Assembly: GCA_903863395.1 (NCBI GenBank)
Contig: CAIPBW010000160.1
Coordinates: 1-44,146, forward strand
Direction of reading: 5' to 3'
DNA: 44,146 nt
DNA from: an uncultured beta proteobacterium
GTDB lineage: Bacteria > Pseudomonadota > Gammaproteobacteria > Burkholderiales > Burkholderiaceae_C
A program made the translations under genes and the position numbers. The notes beneath the pieces were generated by a model that was not told the DNA's origin, searched no databases, and saw only the letters and a program-made list of their open reading frames with translations. Shown here in pieces: positions 1 through 8,567 of the stretch (its first letter is position 1; the number at the start of each line of letters is the position of its first letter).

Positions 1-218
1 AGGTTGTCGCGCACCATCTTTGGCTTCTTGACCTTGGCGGGCTTGGCCACAGATGCCACGGCCGAGACCTTGCTTGCTTGAGTTGCCGCTTTGGCTGCTG
101 GGGCAGTTGTCTTGACGGGGGTCTTTGCAGCAGGTGCAGCCGTGGGGGCGGCGGTGTTGGCCGCGGCGGGCGCAGCCTTGACGCGCTTGGTTGCAACGGG
201 TTTGGCGGAAGTGACCAT
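1..218 (-). CDS. Lys/Ala/Pro-rich histone H1-like protein, N-terminal part (runs off window start; absent from ORF track)
   Basis: Manual translation from ATG at 218: MVTSAKPVATKRVKAAPAAANTAAPTAAPAAKTPVKTTAPAAKAATQASKVSAVASVAKPAKVKKPKMVRDN..., open to the window edge; GGAG Shine-Dalgarno just upstream. Confidence 0.85.
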   Translation of the reverse strand, partial: MVTSAKPVATKRVKAAPAAANTAAPTAAPAAKTPVKTTAPAAKAATQASKVSAVASVAKPAKVKKPKMVRDN

Positions 219-234
219 TTTGGCTCCAGTAGTG

Positions 235-259
235 AACGGTATATACAGTTTATACCGTT
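235..259. promoter_or_regulatory. Palindromic operator-like site AACGGTATA-N7-TATACCGTT (copy 1)
   Basis: Perfect 9-bp inverted repeat; reverse complement of 236-258 matches 9907-9929 at 21/23 positions. Confidence 0.75.
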
Positions 260-283
260 TTCTGGAGCCGCCGGTTCTTTTTC

Positions 284-412
284 TCAGGTTGTCATCAATT
301 CACTCAGCGCAGCCTCGTCGCAGGATGCGCTCTCGGGCAATCCAAGTTGGCTCCATCTTTCATCAAACAAAGCGTTGAGCATTGCTTCAAATGTCCACAG
401 TTTCCACCACAT
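284..412 (-). CDS. 42-aa small protein (MWWKLWTFEAMLNALFDERWSQLGLPESASCDEAALSELMTT), unknown function
   Basis: Strong SD GGAGGAG 6 nt before ATG412; TGA at 284-286; Pho-type promoter at 447-480 directly upstream. Confidence 0.6.
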   Translation of the reverse strand: MWWKLWTFEAMLNALFDERWSQLGLPESASCDEAALSELMTT

Positions 413-446
413 GCTTGACTCCTCCCTTGGGTTGATGTCGGGAGTG

Positions 447-480
447 AGATTAGCGCCGCTCTATGACACTTTTGCGTCAG
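447..480 (-). promoter_or_regulatory. Pho-box promoter (CTGACGC-AAAA-GTGTCAT, 10 bp, TAATCT)
   Basis: Two heptamers at 11-bp period followed after exactly 10 bp by a -10 hexamer. Confidence 0.65.
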
Positions 481-719
481 ACGCGCTGTAGTCGTTGGTA
501 ATGCGAATCCCAGAATTTGCGGGTGACTGCGGCAACGTCTTCGGGGCCATTGGCGCTGCGTACTTGGGCTCCGGCCGAGAGATGCTTGTCAAGTTTGGCC
601 AGTTCGCCACGCAGCGGTGCCAGAACTTCTTCGTCCGCACCGTAGCGGTTTTCGAGTTTCTTGATCAGGTGGCACAGGTGGCCATGGTGCCTGGATGAAG
701 GGGCAGTAGAGTAGTTCAT
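477..719 (-). CDS. Small hypothetical protein (~80 aa, start MNYSTAP)
   Basis: Helical, protein-like sequence (HLCHLIKKLENRYGADEEVLAPLRGELAKLD); Pho-type promoter at 750-783 argues for the 719 start rather than 812. Confidence 0.55.
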   Translation of the reverse strand: MNYSTAPSSRHHGHLCHLIKKLENRYGADEEVLAPLRGELAKLDKHLSAGAQVRSANGPEDVAAVTRKFWDSHYQRLQRV

Positions 720-749
720 AGTGCGCCATTTCTGTTCTTGTTCCTCGCA

Positions 750-783
750 ACGATACCGCTTGTTTGTGTCAATACGCTTACGG
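750..783 (-). promoter_or_regulatory. Pho-box-like promoter (CCGTAAG-CGTA-TTGACAC, 10 bp, TATCGT)
   Basis: Degenerate heptamer pair with the same 10-bp spacing to a -10. Confidence 0.5.
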
Positions 784-799
784 TGCAATTTCCCAACGC

Positions 800-855
800 C
801 CGTCACCGGCAAAACCCTTTTTTGTCACAAATATGTCACCTGTGAGCCGTATCCT
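800..855 (+). promoter_or_regulatory. Pho-box promoter of the phoA operon (TTGTCAC-AAAT-ATGTCAC, 10 bp, TATCCT; extra in-phase CCGTCAC at 800)
   Basis: Near-consensus Pho box at 822-839; -10 at 850-855. Confidence 0.85.
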
Positions 856-922
856 TTGGCTCCATGTCACACATCAACGTCTTGCCCCTGCTCGGCAACC
901 CATGAATAAGGGGGTCCCCTCC

Positions 923-1468
923 ATGCGTCATCGTTTCGCAGCGGCTTTGGTGTCGCTTATTGTGGTTATTTCCGGGACCGGGTTCCACGCAAAAGCTGGT
1001 GCCCAGGAGTCGGTGCCAACGGATGCAGCACCCGTCAAGGAAATTTTCTTTCGGGACTTCCTACGAAAACCCGTGGGGCCGCGCGGCATCGAGTTAAGTG
1101 ACACCTTGCTAAGCGCCAATGGCCAGACGGTTCGCCTCGCTGGCTACATGGTGCAGCAGGAAAAAGCGCCTGCCGGGCGTTTTTTTCTGGCACCGCAGCC
1201 AGTGCAAATGAGCCAGCACGCCGATGGTGAAGCCGACGATCTACCGGCCTCCACGGTCCTGGTGGTTCTGGATGAAAGCCAGCAGGATTGGGTCGTGGCG
1301 CACGCACGCGGTTTGGTCGCGGTGCAAGGCGTATTGCAGGTGGGGCGCTTGGAAGCAACCGACGGCCGCGTCTCCTGGGTGCGCCTGCAGTCCGGGCCCG
1401 ATGCCTTGCGCGCCATGAACTCTTATGAAGTGCTGAGCTACCTGCACAGCCAGTTGCATCGGCACTGA
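923..1468 (+). CDS. Secreted hypothetical protein, DUF3299-like/OB-fold-like, upstream partner of phoA
   Basis: Signal peptide MRHRFAAALVSLIVVISG...AKA; GQTVRLAGYMV...FFLAP motif; purine-rich SD before 923; the 764 start would lie upstream of the promoter. Confidence 0.7.
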   Translation: MRHRFAAALVSLIVVISGTGFHAKAGAQESVPTDAAPVKEIFFRDFLRKPVGPRGIELSDTLLSANGQTVRLAGYMVQQEKAPAGRFFLAPQPVQMSQHADGEADDLPASTVLVVLDESQQDWVVAHARGLVAVQGVLQVGRLEATDGRVSWVRLQSGPDALRAMNSYEVLSYLHSQLHRH

Positions 1469-1494
1469 TTTCAACTCTTTCACTTCAAGACACC

Positions 1495-3567
1495 ATGAAC
1501 ACTTCCTGTCTTTCATTTACCGCGCGCTCGGCGTTCCAGCGCGGCGCTGTTGCCTTGGCTTGCGTTGTGGTGGGCATCAGCTCCCATGCGGCTCCCACGG
1601 TGAGTCGGCTCACCCCGCCGAGCGAGTTATTTGCCAGCGGGCGCGCTGCGCCCATCATTGCCCGCTTCCTGCCCGACCAGCGCTTTGACTTGCAAGCCAC
1701 CGTGCGGCCGGATCAGGCGGACCAATCCATCACCGCTGCGCGCTTTGCCATCGACGGCAAGGCGCTGGACCTGCCCGTGTCGATGCATACGTGCACTACG
1801 GGTTGCCTGCCCAAAGTCCCGACCAACGCTGCGATTGCATCCATCCGCGCAGTCAGTGTCACCACGCCTGGGGTTCATACCTTTAGCGTGACCGCCACGC
1901 AGGCCGATGGCCAGACCGTTACCGCGACCGGCAATTTTGAAGTGGTTCCCCTGATGCACGGCGGACGCAAGGTGAAGAACATCATCGTGCTTTTGGGCGA
2001 CGGCATGGGTGCTGCGCAACGCACGGCGGCCCGCATCGTTGCGGGCGGTTACGCGCAGGGCAAGGTCATCACCCCACTGGCAATGGACACGTTTCCGGTA
2101 ACTGGCATGGTCAAGACGGCGTCGCTCAACTCGGTGGTCACCGATTCCGCGCCGGGCATGACCTCGTATGTCTCGGGCAACAAGAACAACAACAACGAAG
2201 AGGGCGTGTTTCCTGACGATACCGTCGATCCCTTTGACAACCCGCGCATTGAATACCTGAGCGAATACCTGCATCGCACCCAGGGCAAGGCCTTGGGGCT
2301 GGTTACCACGGCGGATGTGTTTGACGCCACACCCGCGGGCAACGCCGTGCACACCAGCAACCGCGGCGCGGGCACCGGCATTGTGGACCAGTACCTCGAT
2401 GACCGGGGCATGACCGGTCTGTCGGTGCTGATGGGGGGTGGCCGCAAGTGGTTTGTGCCCGCCACGGTTGCAGGCTCGGCCCGGGGTGACCGCACCGACT
2501 ATGCGTTCTCGGACACCGAAGCCCACACGGCACAGATCGTCAAGCGCTGGGGTGCCGCAGCCGGCCGTCTGGACAAGGAGCGCGACCTGTTGGCCGACTT
2601 TCAGGCGGTGGGATTTCAGTATGCGCCCGACAAGACCGCGCTCGACGCGGTTGATCCCAACAAGACCGAGCACCTGCTGGGCCTGTTTGCGCATTCCAAC
2701 ATGAATGTGGCGCTCGACAAGATTGATGGCAGGCGCAGCAAGCTACGCGGCCAGAGTGGCCGTGTGGTGGAGGACTATGGCTTTCCTGACCAGCCCCTGC
2801 TGGAAGAAATGACTGCCAAGGCGCTGGCGGTGCTGGCGCGCAAGAAAAACGGCTTTATGCTGATGGTGGAGGGCGCGTCCATCGACAAGCAGGCGCACAA
2901 CATGGATACCGAGCGCTGGATGCTTGACACCATCGAATTTGATCGCTCCGTCAGTGTTGCCAAGGAATTTGCCGCTACGCATGGCGATACCCTGGTGATC
3001 GTGACGGCGGACCATGAGTGCTCTGGCGCAGCACTAATTGGCGGCTCGCGCGTGTCCGATGCGCGCTTGCAGGAACTGGTACGCGAGGGCGGCAGCGCCA
3101 ACATTCGCGACAAGGTGGTCGGTGTGTATGAGCAAGCGGGCTTTCCGAAGTACCTGATCGGCACCGACGGCTACCCCGAAACCACCAATATCGACAACCG
3201 CCTGCTCGTCGGCTACGGTGCCAACTCGGACCGCTTTGAGGACTGGCGCACCAATGAGCGCCCGTTGCAGGACAGCCAGCAACCGTTTGTGAAAAAAGAG
3301 CCCCTGTCGGCCTATCCTGCGGGCCCGATGGCGCGCGATGTGGACGGGCGCTTTCAGGTTACCGGCCAAGTGCCTGGCGACAGCGCGGTACACACGGCAA
3401 CCGATATTCCCTTGTCTGCATACGGACCGGGCGCATGGGCGTTTACCGGTGTGATGGACAACACCGATGTGTTCTTCAAACTGGCCCAGGCCGCATTGCG
3501 CGGGGCGGTGGTGCCAGAGGGGTTTGGGCTCGCGCCTGCCAGCGCCAAGACGCGCGCCAAGCCCTGA
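1495..3567 (+). CDS. phoA: Alkaline phosphatase (PhoA family) with an N-terminal beta-rich extra domain
   Basis: LLGDGMG, VTDSA (catalytic Ser), DATPA, VEGASIDKQAH, VTADH and HT motifs; signal peptide ending SHA. Confidence 0.93.
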   Translation: MNTSCLSFTARSAFQRGAVALACVVVGISSHAAPTVSRLTPPSELFASGRAAPIIARFLPDQRFDLQATVRPDQADQSITAARFAIDGKALDLPVSMHTCTTGCLPKVPTNAAIASIRAVSVTTPGVHTFSVTATQADGQTVTATGNFEVVPLMHGGRKVKNIIVLLGDGMGAAQRTAARIVAGGYAQGKVITPLAMDTFPVTGMVKTASLNSVVTDSAPGMTSYVSGNKNNNNEEGVFPDDTVDPFDNPRIEYLSEYLHRTQGKALGLVTTADVFDATPAGNAVHTSNRGAGTGIVDQYLDDRGMTGLSVLMGGGRKWFVPATVAGSARGDRTDYAFSDTEAHTAQIVKRWGAAAGRLDKERDLLADFQAVGFQYAPDKTALDAVDPNKTEHLLGLFAHSNMNVALDKIDGRRSKLRGQSGRVVEDYGFPDQPLLEEMTAKALAVLARKKNGFMLMVEGASIDKQAHNMDTERWMLDTIEFDRSVSVAKEFAATHGDTLVIVTADHECSGAALIGGSRVSDARLQELVREGGSANIRDKVVGVYEQAGFPKYLIGTDGYPETTNIDNRLLVGYGANSDRFEDWRTNERPLQDSQQPFVKKEPLSAYPAGPMARDVDGRFQVTGQVPGDSAVHTATDIPLSAYGPGAWAFTGVMDNTDVFFKLAQAALRGAVVPEGFGLAPASAKTRAKP

Positions 3568-3694
3568 AGCGTGTGCCGTGGTGCTGTCACCATGAAAGAC
3601 TCGCAAAGTCTGATGTTTTGCGCCAGAATGCAAGTGGCTTCAGGACGCAAATGCGCAGCGTGCGCAGGGGGGCTTCGATGGAACGGGTTTACCT

Positions 3695-5194
3695 ATGCTG
3701 ACGACCTCTTCACCTGAAGAAGTCGAACTCAAATTCGCATTGCCACCTGCAGCGATTGCGGGCTTGGAGCACTTGCTTGCGCGCTCACGCGTACTAGCGC
3801 GGCGCAAGGCTACGCGCACGAAGCTGCGCAACATCTACTTTGATACCCCGGACCAGTTGCTGCGCAGAAGCAAGATGGCGCTGCGTGTGCGCCACATTTC
3901 GACAACGCACACATCCCAGTGGTTGCAGACGTTCAAGGTTGGTGGCAACCAAGACGCTGCCCTGAGCCGACGCGGCGAGTGGGAGACAGCCGTGCCCGAA
4001 GGCAAACTGGTTGCCGCAGAGCTGCAGGCAACGCCGTGGAGCGACTTCGATCCCACTGGCAAGATCTTTGCCGCGCTTGAGCCGGTCTTTACTACCGCGT
4101 TTGACCGCACCACCTGGATCGTCAGCAAGCGCGATGGCAGCCGGGTTGAAGTTGCGCTGGACATTGGCGAAGTGTTGGTGGAGGGCAAGACAACACCGAT
4201 TTTCGAACTCGAAATGGAGTTGCTCGCGGGCGATGCTGCTGCGCTTTTTGACATTGCGCGCGCGCTTGCCAGTTCGCTCTCTTTGCTGCCACTCAACGTC
4301 AGCAAGTCCGAGCGCGGGTACCGCTTGGCTCAGGGCACCCTATTCGACGCCCGCAATGCCCAGCCCCCGGTGCTGAGTTTGGACATGCCGCTGCACGAGG
4401 TTGCCAACTGTGTGATGGGGGAAGCGTTTCTCCAGTTCAGCGCGAATCTGAACACGCTCAGAAGCTCGGAGGACCCGGAAGTGCTTCATCAGGCGCGCGT
4501 GGGTTGGCGCCGGTTCAAGAGCGCGCTCAAGTTGTTCAAGGCGTTACCCCAAGTAAGCCACGCGCCGTCAAGAGATGCGCTGCGGCCCCTTCTTGAGGCG
4601 CTGACCCGTATGCGCGACCTGGATGTGGCTGCAGCCGAAACATTGCCCATGCTGGCCAACGCCTATACCGCAGGCTATCCGGGGCGCGAACTGCATTGGC
4701 ACGCGATGGCGCAGGCGCTAGACCTTGCACGCCGGGACCAGCGCGAACGGTTGGTGGCGGCCATTGAAGAACCAGTGGTGGGGGCGACCCTGATCGAATT
4801 CAACCAATGGCTCGATGCCAGTGCTGCCCAAAGCAGCCCGGATGAAAGCAACAAGAAGGAAGTTGCCGACGTTGGAGATTGGGCCCAGCAGCGTGCTTCG
4901 CGTCTGCACGACCAGTTGCAGGCGCAAGCGCTTGACTCCGACGACCCCGAGGTTCAGCACCGCACGCGCATTCTTTCAAAGCGGCTTCGCTACTGCGTCG
5001 AGTTTCTGCGGCCCCTGCTTGCCCGGCGCCGCGCTAAAAAATGGTACCAATTAGCCGTGCACTTGCAAACCGAGCTGGGCGCAACGCGCGACATCCTGCA
5101 AGCGCTGGAGATTGTCGCGGCTCTGCAGGTGGATGTGGGACTGCTGGAATTCCTGCGCGGCTTCGCGGCAGCGCAGAAAATGCGTCGCAAGTGA
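3695..5194 (+). CDS. CYTH + CHAD domain protein (inorganic triphosphatase / polyP-binding)
   Basis: N-terminal EVELK, NIYFDTPD and ELEMEL CYTH motifs; CHAD motifs LHQARVGWRR, RDLDV, HRTRILSKRLRY. Confidence 0.92.
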   Translation: MLTTSSPEEVELKFALPPAAIAGLEHLLARSRVLARRKATRTKLRNIYFDTPDQLLRRSKMALRVRHISTTHTSQWLQTFKVGGNQDAALSRRGEWETAVPEGKLVAAELQATPWSDFDPTGKIFAALEPVFTTAFDRTTWIVSKRDGSRVEVALDIGEVLVEGKTTPIFELEMELLAGDAAALFDIARALASSLSLLPLNVSKSERGYRLAQGTLFDARNAQPPVLSLDMPLHEVANCVMGEAFLQFSANLNTLRSSEDPEVLHQARVGWRRFKSALKLFKALPQVSHAPSRDALRPLLEALTRMRDLDVAAAETLPMLANAYTAGYPGRELHWHAMAQALDLARRDQRERLVAAIEEPVVGATLIEFNQWLDASAAQSSPDESNKKEVADVGDWAQQRASRLHDQLQAQALDSDDPEVQHRTRILSKRLRYCVEFLRPLLARRRAKKWYQLAVHLQTELGATRDILQALEIVAALQVDVGLLEFLRGFAAAQKMRRK

Positions 5195-5231
5195 GCCTGC
5201 CGCCCAACCTCACCCTCTTGGAAAAGGTCTT

Positions 5232-6035
5232 ATGCCCATGAAGTTCTTGGTGGCGCATGTGCGCGCTGTGCGCCTGTTCGTGCACATTTTTTACGGCTTG
5301 GCCTTGGCCTGCGTCTATCCGTCCTTTGGCATCGCCAGAAGGCGCAGCACGATGCAGCAATGGTCCACCAAGCTGCTGCAAATTCTCAATGTGCAATTGC
5401 ATTGCCAGGGCCAGCACGCGTCGCCCGGTGCTGTGGGGCAACTCCTGCTTGCCAACCATATCTCCTGGCTGGATGTGTTTGTGATCAGTGCAACGGTACC
5501 GGCCCGCTTTGTGGCGAAGTCCGAGGTGGGAAACTGGCCGCTATTTGGTGTGCTGGTGCGACGCACCGGAACCCTGTTCATCCGCCGCGCCTACCGGCGC
5601 GACACTGCCCGCATCAACCAGGCGCTGGGGAACTGCCTGCTCGGCGGCGAAGATGTGGTGGTGTTCCCGCAGGGCACTTCCACCGACGGTACCCAGCCCG
5701 TGCACTTTCACTCCGCGCTGGTGCAGGGCGCGATTGACGTGGGCGCTGAAGTGCGCCCGGTGGCTCTGGCCTACCACGACGGCCAAGGCGAGCCTTTGCA
5801 CGACGTTGCCTTCACAGGCGAGATGACCTTTGCACAATCACTGTGGAAGATATTGTGTGTGCCGAGAATCAACGCCAGCACGGTGTACCTTGCAGAACTG
5901 CACGGCAAGGAGCTGACCCGGCGCGAGGCGACCCTGGGCGCGCAAGGCGCGATCAATGCCGTGCTCAGCAGTGCCAGGCGGCTCCAGGCTTTACCGCTTG
6001 AGCCCAGCACAGAGGCAGAGTTGCTTCAGGCGTAG
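5232..6035 (+). CDS. Lysophospholipid acyltransferase (PlsC/OlsA-like)
   Basis: ANHISWLD (HX4D), FVAKSEV, LFIRR, VFPQGT; start 5232 or 5238. Confidence 0.88.
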   Translation: MPMKFLVAHVRAVRLFVHIFYGLALACVYPSFGIARRRSTMQQWSTKLLQILNVQLHCQGQHASPGAVGQLLLANHISWLDVFVISATVPARFVAKSEVGNWPLFGVLVRRTGTLFIRRAYRRDTARINQALGNCLLGGEDVVVFPQGTSTDGTQPVHFHSALVQGAIDVGAEVRPVALAYHDGQGEPLHDVAFTGEMTFAQSLWKILCVPRINASTVYLAELHGKELTRREATLGAQGAINAVLSSARRLQALPLEPSTEAELLQA

Positions 6036-6158
6036 CGCGATTGCTTGCCGTTGGGAATTGCGTCGATACAGAGATTTCCATGGCGGATCGCTTGAAATGA
6101 GCGCAATGCCTCTACCGGTTTTGGTATAGCGGCAGAAACTGCTCGTATCTCCGAAAGG

Positions 6159-7919
6159 CTATGCGTAGGAAACTGACATATCAGCCGCACTGACTATGAC
6201 GGTCTTGCCGGTAGTTGCCGCATAGGTGGTGGACTTGATGGTGTCCACAAACACATACTCGCCCTTTAGTGTTGCTGCAGTCACCGTCATCAGCAAGTAG
6301 CCGCGGCGAATGGTGTCGGCGTAATTGAGATCGTCCACCAATCCCATTCCCATGCCGAATCCCCCAGGCACCACCGCTGTGCCGTCAAGCGCACTTGCCA
6401 GGCCGCCAAGGCTGGCGCTTTCGAATCCTGGCGATGTAACAGATGTGCCCGCAAACTCCACGCCCACTTTGACACCGGCCAGCGTTGTGACATTTGTAAA
6501 CCAGGCGTTGTGTGAATCGCCCGAGAGGGTGACGAATTTATTGCCCTGTGCCTTGATAGTTTGCAGGATGGTTTCGCGTTGAATGGGATAGCCATCCCAG
6601 GAGTCGAGGTTGTAGGGCAGGCGCGGGTTGGTCGTGGTGCTCACCAATGCAACTTGCGTGGGTGTTCTGGATGCGGCGGGTGTGGCCTTTGCTGTCAAGA
6701 AGGCGGAAATCGAAGTCAAAACCGCCTGCTGATTGGCGGGCGTAGGGCTTGCTGTTGCATCGGCCTGCGCTTGCAACACGCTTGCTGGAAACCACATGCG
6801 TGCCATGATGTCCTGGTTGCCCATGACCTGCCAGGTGGCCTTTGATGCGGCCATGCCACTCGTAAGCCACGCCTGCTGCGTAGAGCTCATCATTGGGTGA
6901 TTGGCGTCGGCAAGGCTAGTCAGCGCAGTGGCGTAGCGCGTGATTCCACCATCTGAGTCTCCATAGGCGTCATACTGCTTGGCGCGTCCTTCAATGCGTG
7001 TGTCCACCATGTGCAGCGTAAAGATGGTGCCAAAGTCAAAGCGGCGATAAATCTTCAACAGGTTCGCTGGGTCTTGTACGCGAATAGGCATCCACTCGTG
7101 GTAGGCGCGGGCCGCAGTTGCCTTGCGCGCACTCCAAGCGCCCTGGGTGACACTGTTGTGGTTTTCCGCACCATCAACCCAGGCGTTGTTGGCAAACTCA
7201 TGATCATCCCAGACTGTGATCCAAGGCATCGAAGCATGCAGAGCCTTGAGGCTGGGGTCGGTACGGTAGAGAGCGTAGCGCGTGCGGTAATCGTCAAGAC
7301 TGACTATGTCGTTGCTCGGGATGGTCACACGACCCAAGGCCACCGCGGCGCTATTGCCGAACTTTGCCGGATCGGAGCCGTATTCGTAAATATAGTCGCC
7401 CAAATGCACGGCGTACAGCGCGCCTGATTTGGTCACTGCGTCATAGGCGTTGAAATATCCAGCCGAGTAAAGCGTGCACGAGAGAACAGCAAATTTCACA
7501 CTCGTTACGCTGGTTGCGGGTAACGTCCGGGTAAAGCCAACCGGAGAAATCCAGCTGCCGCAGACAAAGCGGTAATAGTAGTCTCGACCTGCTGTCAATC
7601 CAGTAGCGTCGGCTTTTGCCGTGTAGCCGGTGCTGTCGGTGGCCGTGGCGGTGCCCGTGCTGACAATGGTGGAAAAACTTGCATCGGTGGCAACTTGATA
7701 GGTAAGTACCACCGCATCTGTCAGCCCGGCGTATTTTGCATGTGTCCACAAGATCACGCGATCAGCCAGCGGGTCGCCGCTGGCAACTCCGTAGTTGAAT
7801 TGGACCATCGGACCATCGCTACCACCGCACGCTGACAACAGAGATCCGCCGGCCAACATCCCTGACGCTGAGGCAATTTTGATAATGAAGTCGCGTCGGC
7901 TATTGTGTGTCGTGTTCAT
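6159..7919 (-). CDS. phoD: Alkaline phosphatase D (PhoD), Tat-exported lipoprotein
   Basis: SRRDFI twin-Arg plus LSAC lipobox; GVASGDP, HLGDYIYEY, WDDHE, DSWDGY, LSGDSH motifs. Confidence 0.93.
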   Translation of the reverse strand: MNTTHNSRRDFIIKIASASGMLAGGSLLSACGGSDGPMVQFNYGVASGDPLADRVILWTHAKYAGLTDAVVLTYQVATDASFSTIVSTGTATATDSTGYTAKADATGLTAGRDYYYRFVCGSWISPVGFTRTLPATSVTSVKFAVLSCTLYSAGYFNAYDAVTKSGALYAVHLGDYIYEYGSDPAKFGNSAAVALGRVTIPSNDIVSLDDYRTRYALYRTDPSLKALHASMPWITVWDDHEFANNAWVDGAENHNSVTQGAWSARKATAARAYHEWMPIRVQDPANLLKIYRRFDFGTIFTLHMVDTRIEGRAKQYDAYGDSDGGITRYATALTSLADANHPMMSSTQQAWLTSGMAASKATWQVMGNQDIMARMWFPASVLQAQADATASPTPANQQAVLTSISAFLTAKATPAASRTPTQVALVSTTTNPRLPYNLDSWDGYPIQRETILQTIKAQGNKFVTLSGDSHNAWFTNVTTLAGVKVGVEFAGTSVTSPGFESASLGGLASALDGTAVVPGGFGMGMGLVDDLNYADTIRRGYLLMTVTAATLKGEYVFVDTIKSTTYAATTGKTVIVSAADMSVSYA

Positions 7920-7947
7920 GCAAAGTCTTTCTTCAGAATGAAGGCCC

Positions 7948-7981
7948 AATGTAGAAACTTTCCATGACTGCGGTGTGACAA
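7948..7981 (-). promoter_or_regulatory. Pho-box promoter of phoD (TTGTCAC-ACCG-CAGTCAT, 10 bp, TACATT)
   Basis: Heptamer pair at 7964-7981; -10 at 7948-7953. Confidence 0.8.
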
Positions 7982-8059
7982 AAATAAGCAAATAGGACGA
8001 CGAGACATGCACATAAGCGATGCCAAGCCAATTTGCACAATTGACAGCTTCGAGGTGGC

Positions 8060-8296
8060 TTAGCGGTCACCAACTCTGTCTTGCCGACGCGACAATGCGT
8101 GGTTTCTTTGCTTCAATGTCCAGAAGACACAGCCTTGTTCAGGATCTGAGATGTCAACCGAGGAAGACGATCGGCCACATTTGGCGAGCATGAGATTTTG
8201 GATTTCGTGGTTAACCAAAGGCTCGGTCCATCCGCCGAAGTGCGCGCACAGTTCGCAGTGCCTGGCGTGAATCTTGTGATGAGAAAAGCTGCTCAT
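8060..8296 (-). CDS. Small Cys-rich hypothetical protein (CxxC...C...C)
   Basis: HCELCAHF...KC...GCVFW; half Pho box GTGTCAC, 10 bp, TAGCAT, 6 nt, ATG. Confidence 0.55.
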   Translation of the reverse strand: MSSFSHHKIHARHCELCAHFGGWTEPLVNHEIQNLMLAKCGRSSSSVDISDPEQGCVFWTLKQRNHALSRRQDRVGDR

Positions 8297-8302
8297 GGCG
8301 GT

Positions 8303-8325
8303 ATGCTAGCCAGCGTGTGTGACAC
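8303..8325 (-). promoter_or_regulatory. Half Pho box plus -10 (GTGTCAC, 10 bp, TAGCAT), probably leaderless
   Basis: Same spacing as the other sites; second heptamer not evident. Confidence 0.45.
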
Positions 8326-8488
8326 ATTTTTTTCCATTAGGAATGCCCATCGCAGATTGGTAACATCCACTTGCGAATCCACAACAACGCATGGGGTAAC
8401 TGTTAACCACAGCTTTGCTGCAGCACATGCGCGGCCACGCCCGGCCCGCAATGAATCAATTCGGATGAGGTGTAAAGCAATAGCGTGG

Positions 8489-8522
8489 CTGTCACACAGG
8501 ATTCACCGGCGCCGAGCATTGT
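8489..8522 (+). promoter_or_regulatory. Possible Pho box (CTGTCAC-ACAG-GATTCAC, 10 bp, CATTGT)
   Basis: One consensus heptamer, one degenerate heptamer, weak -10. Confidence 0.4.
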
Positions 8523-8567
8523 TGACCCGCGGCACGTCGCCGTGATTCAAAATAGGATGCGCACTTC

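Noticed and set aside
233-258. LexA (SOS) box in the TATATACAG sequence
   Set aside because: No CTGT-N8-ACAG geometry; better explained by the ACGGTATA-N7-TATACCGT palindrome
78-491. Plus-strand ORFs 78-491 and 91-378
   Set aside because: Antisense shadows of the minus-strand H1-like gene and small ORF, which have SD and promoter support
3584-3601. Pho box before the CYTH-CHAD gene
   Set aside because: Single CTGTCAC with no in-phase partner and no -10 at 10 bp; the gene is more likely read from the phoA promoter
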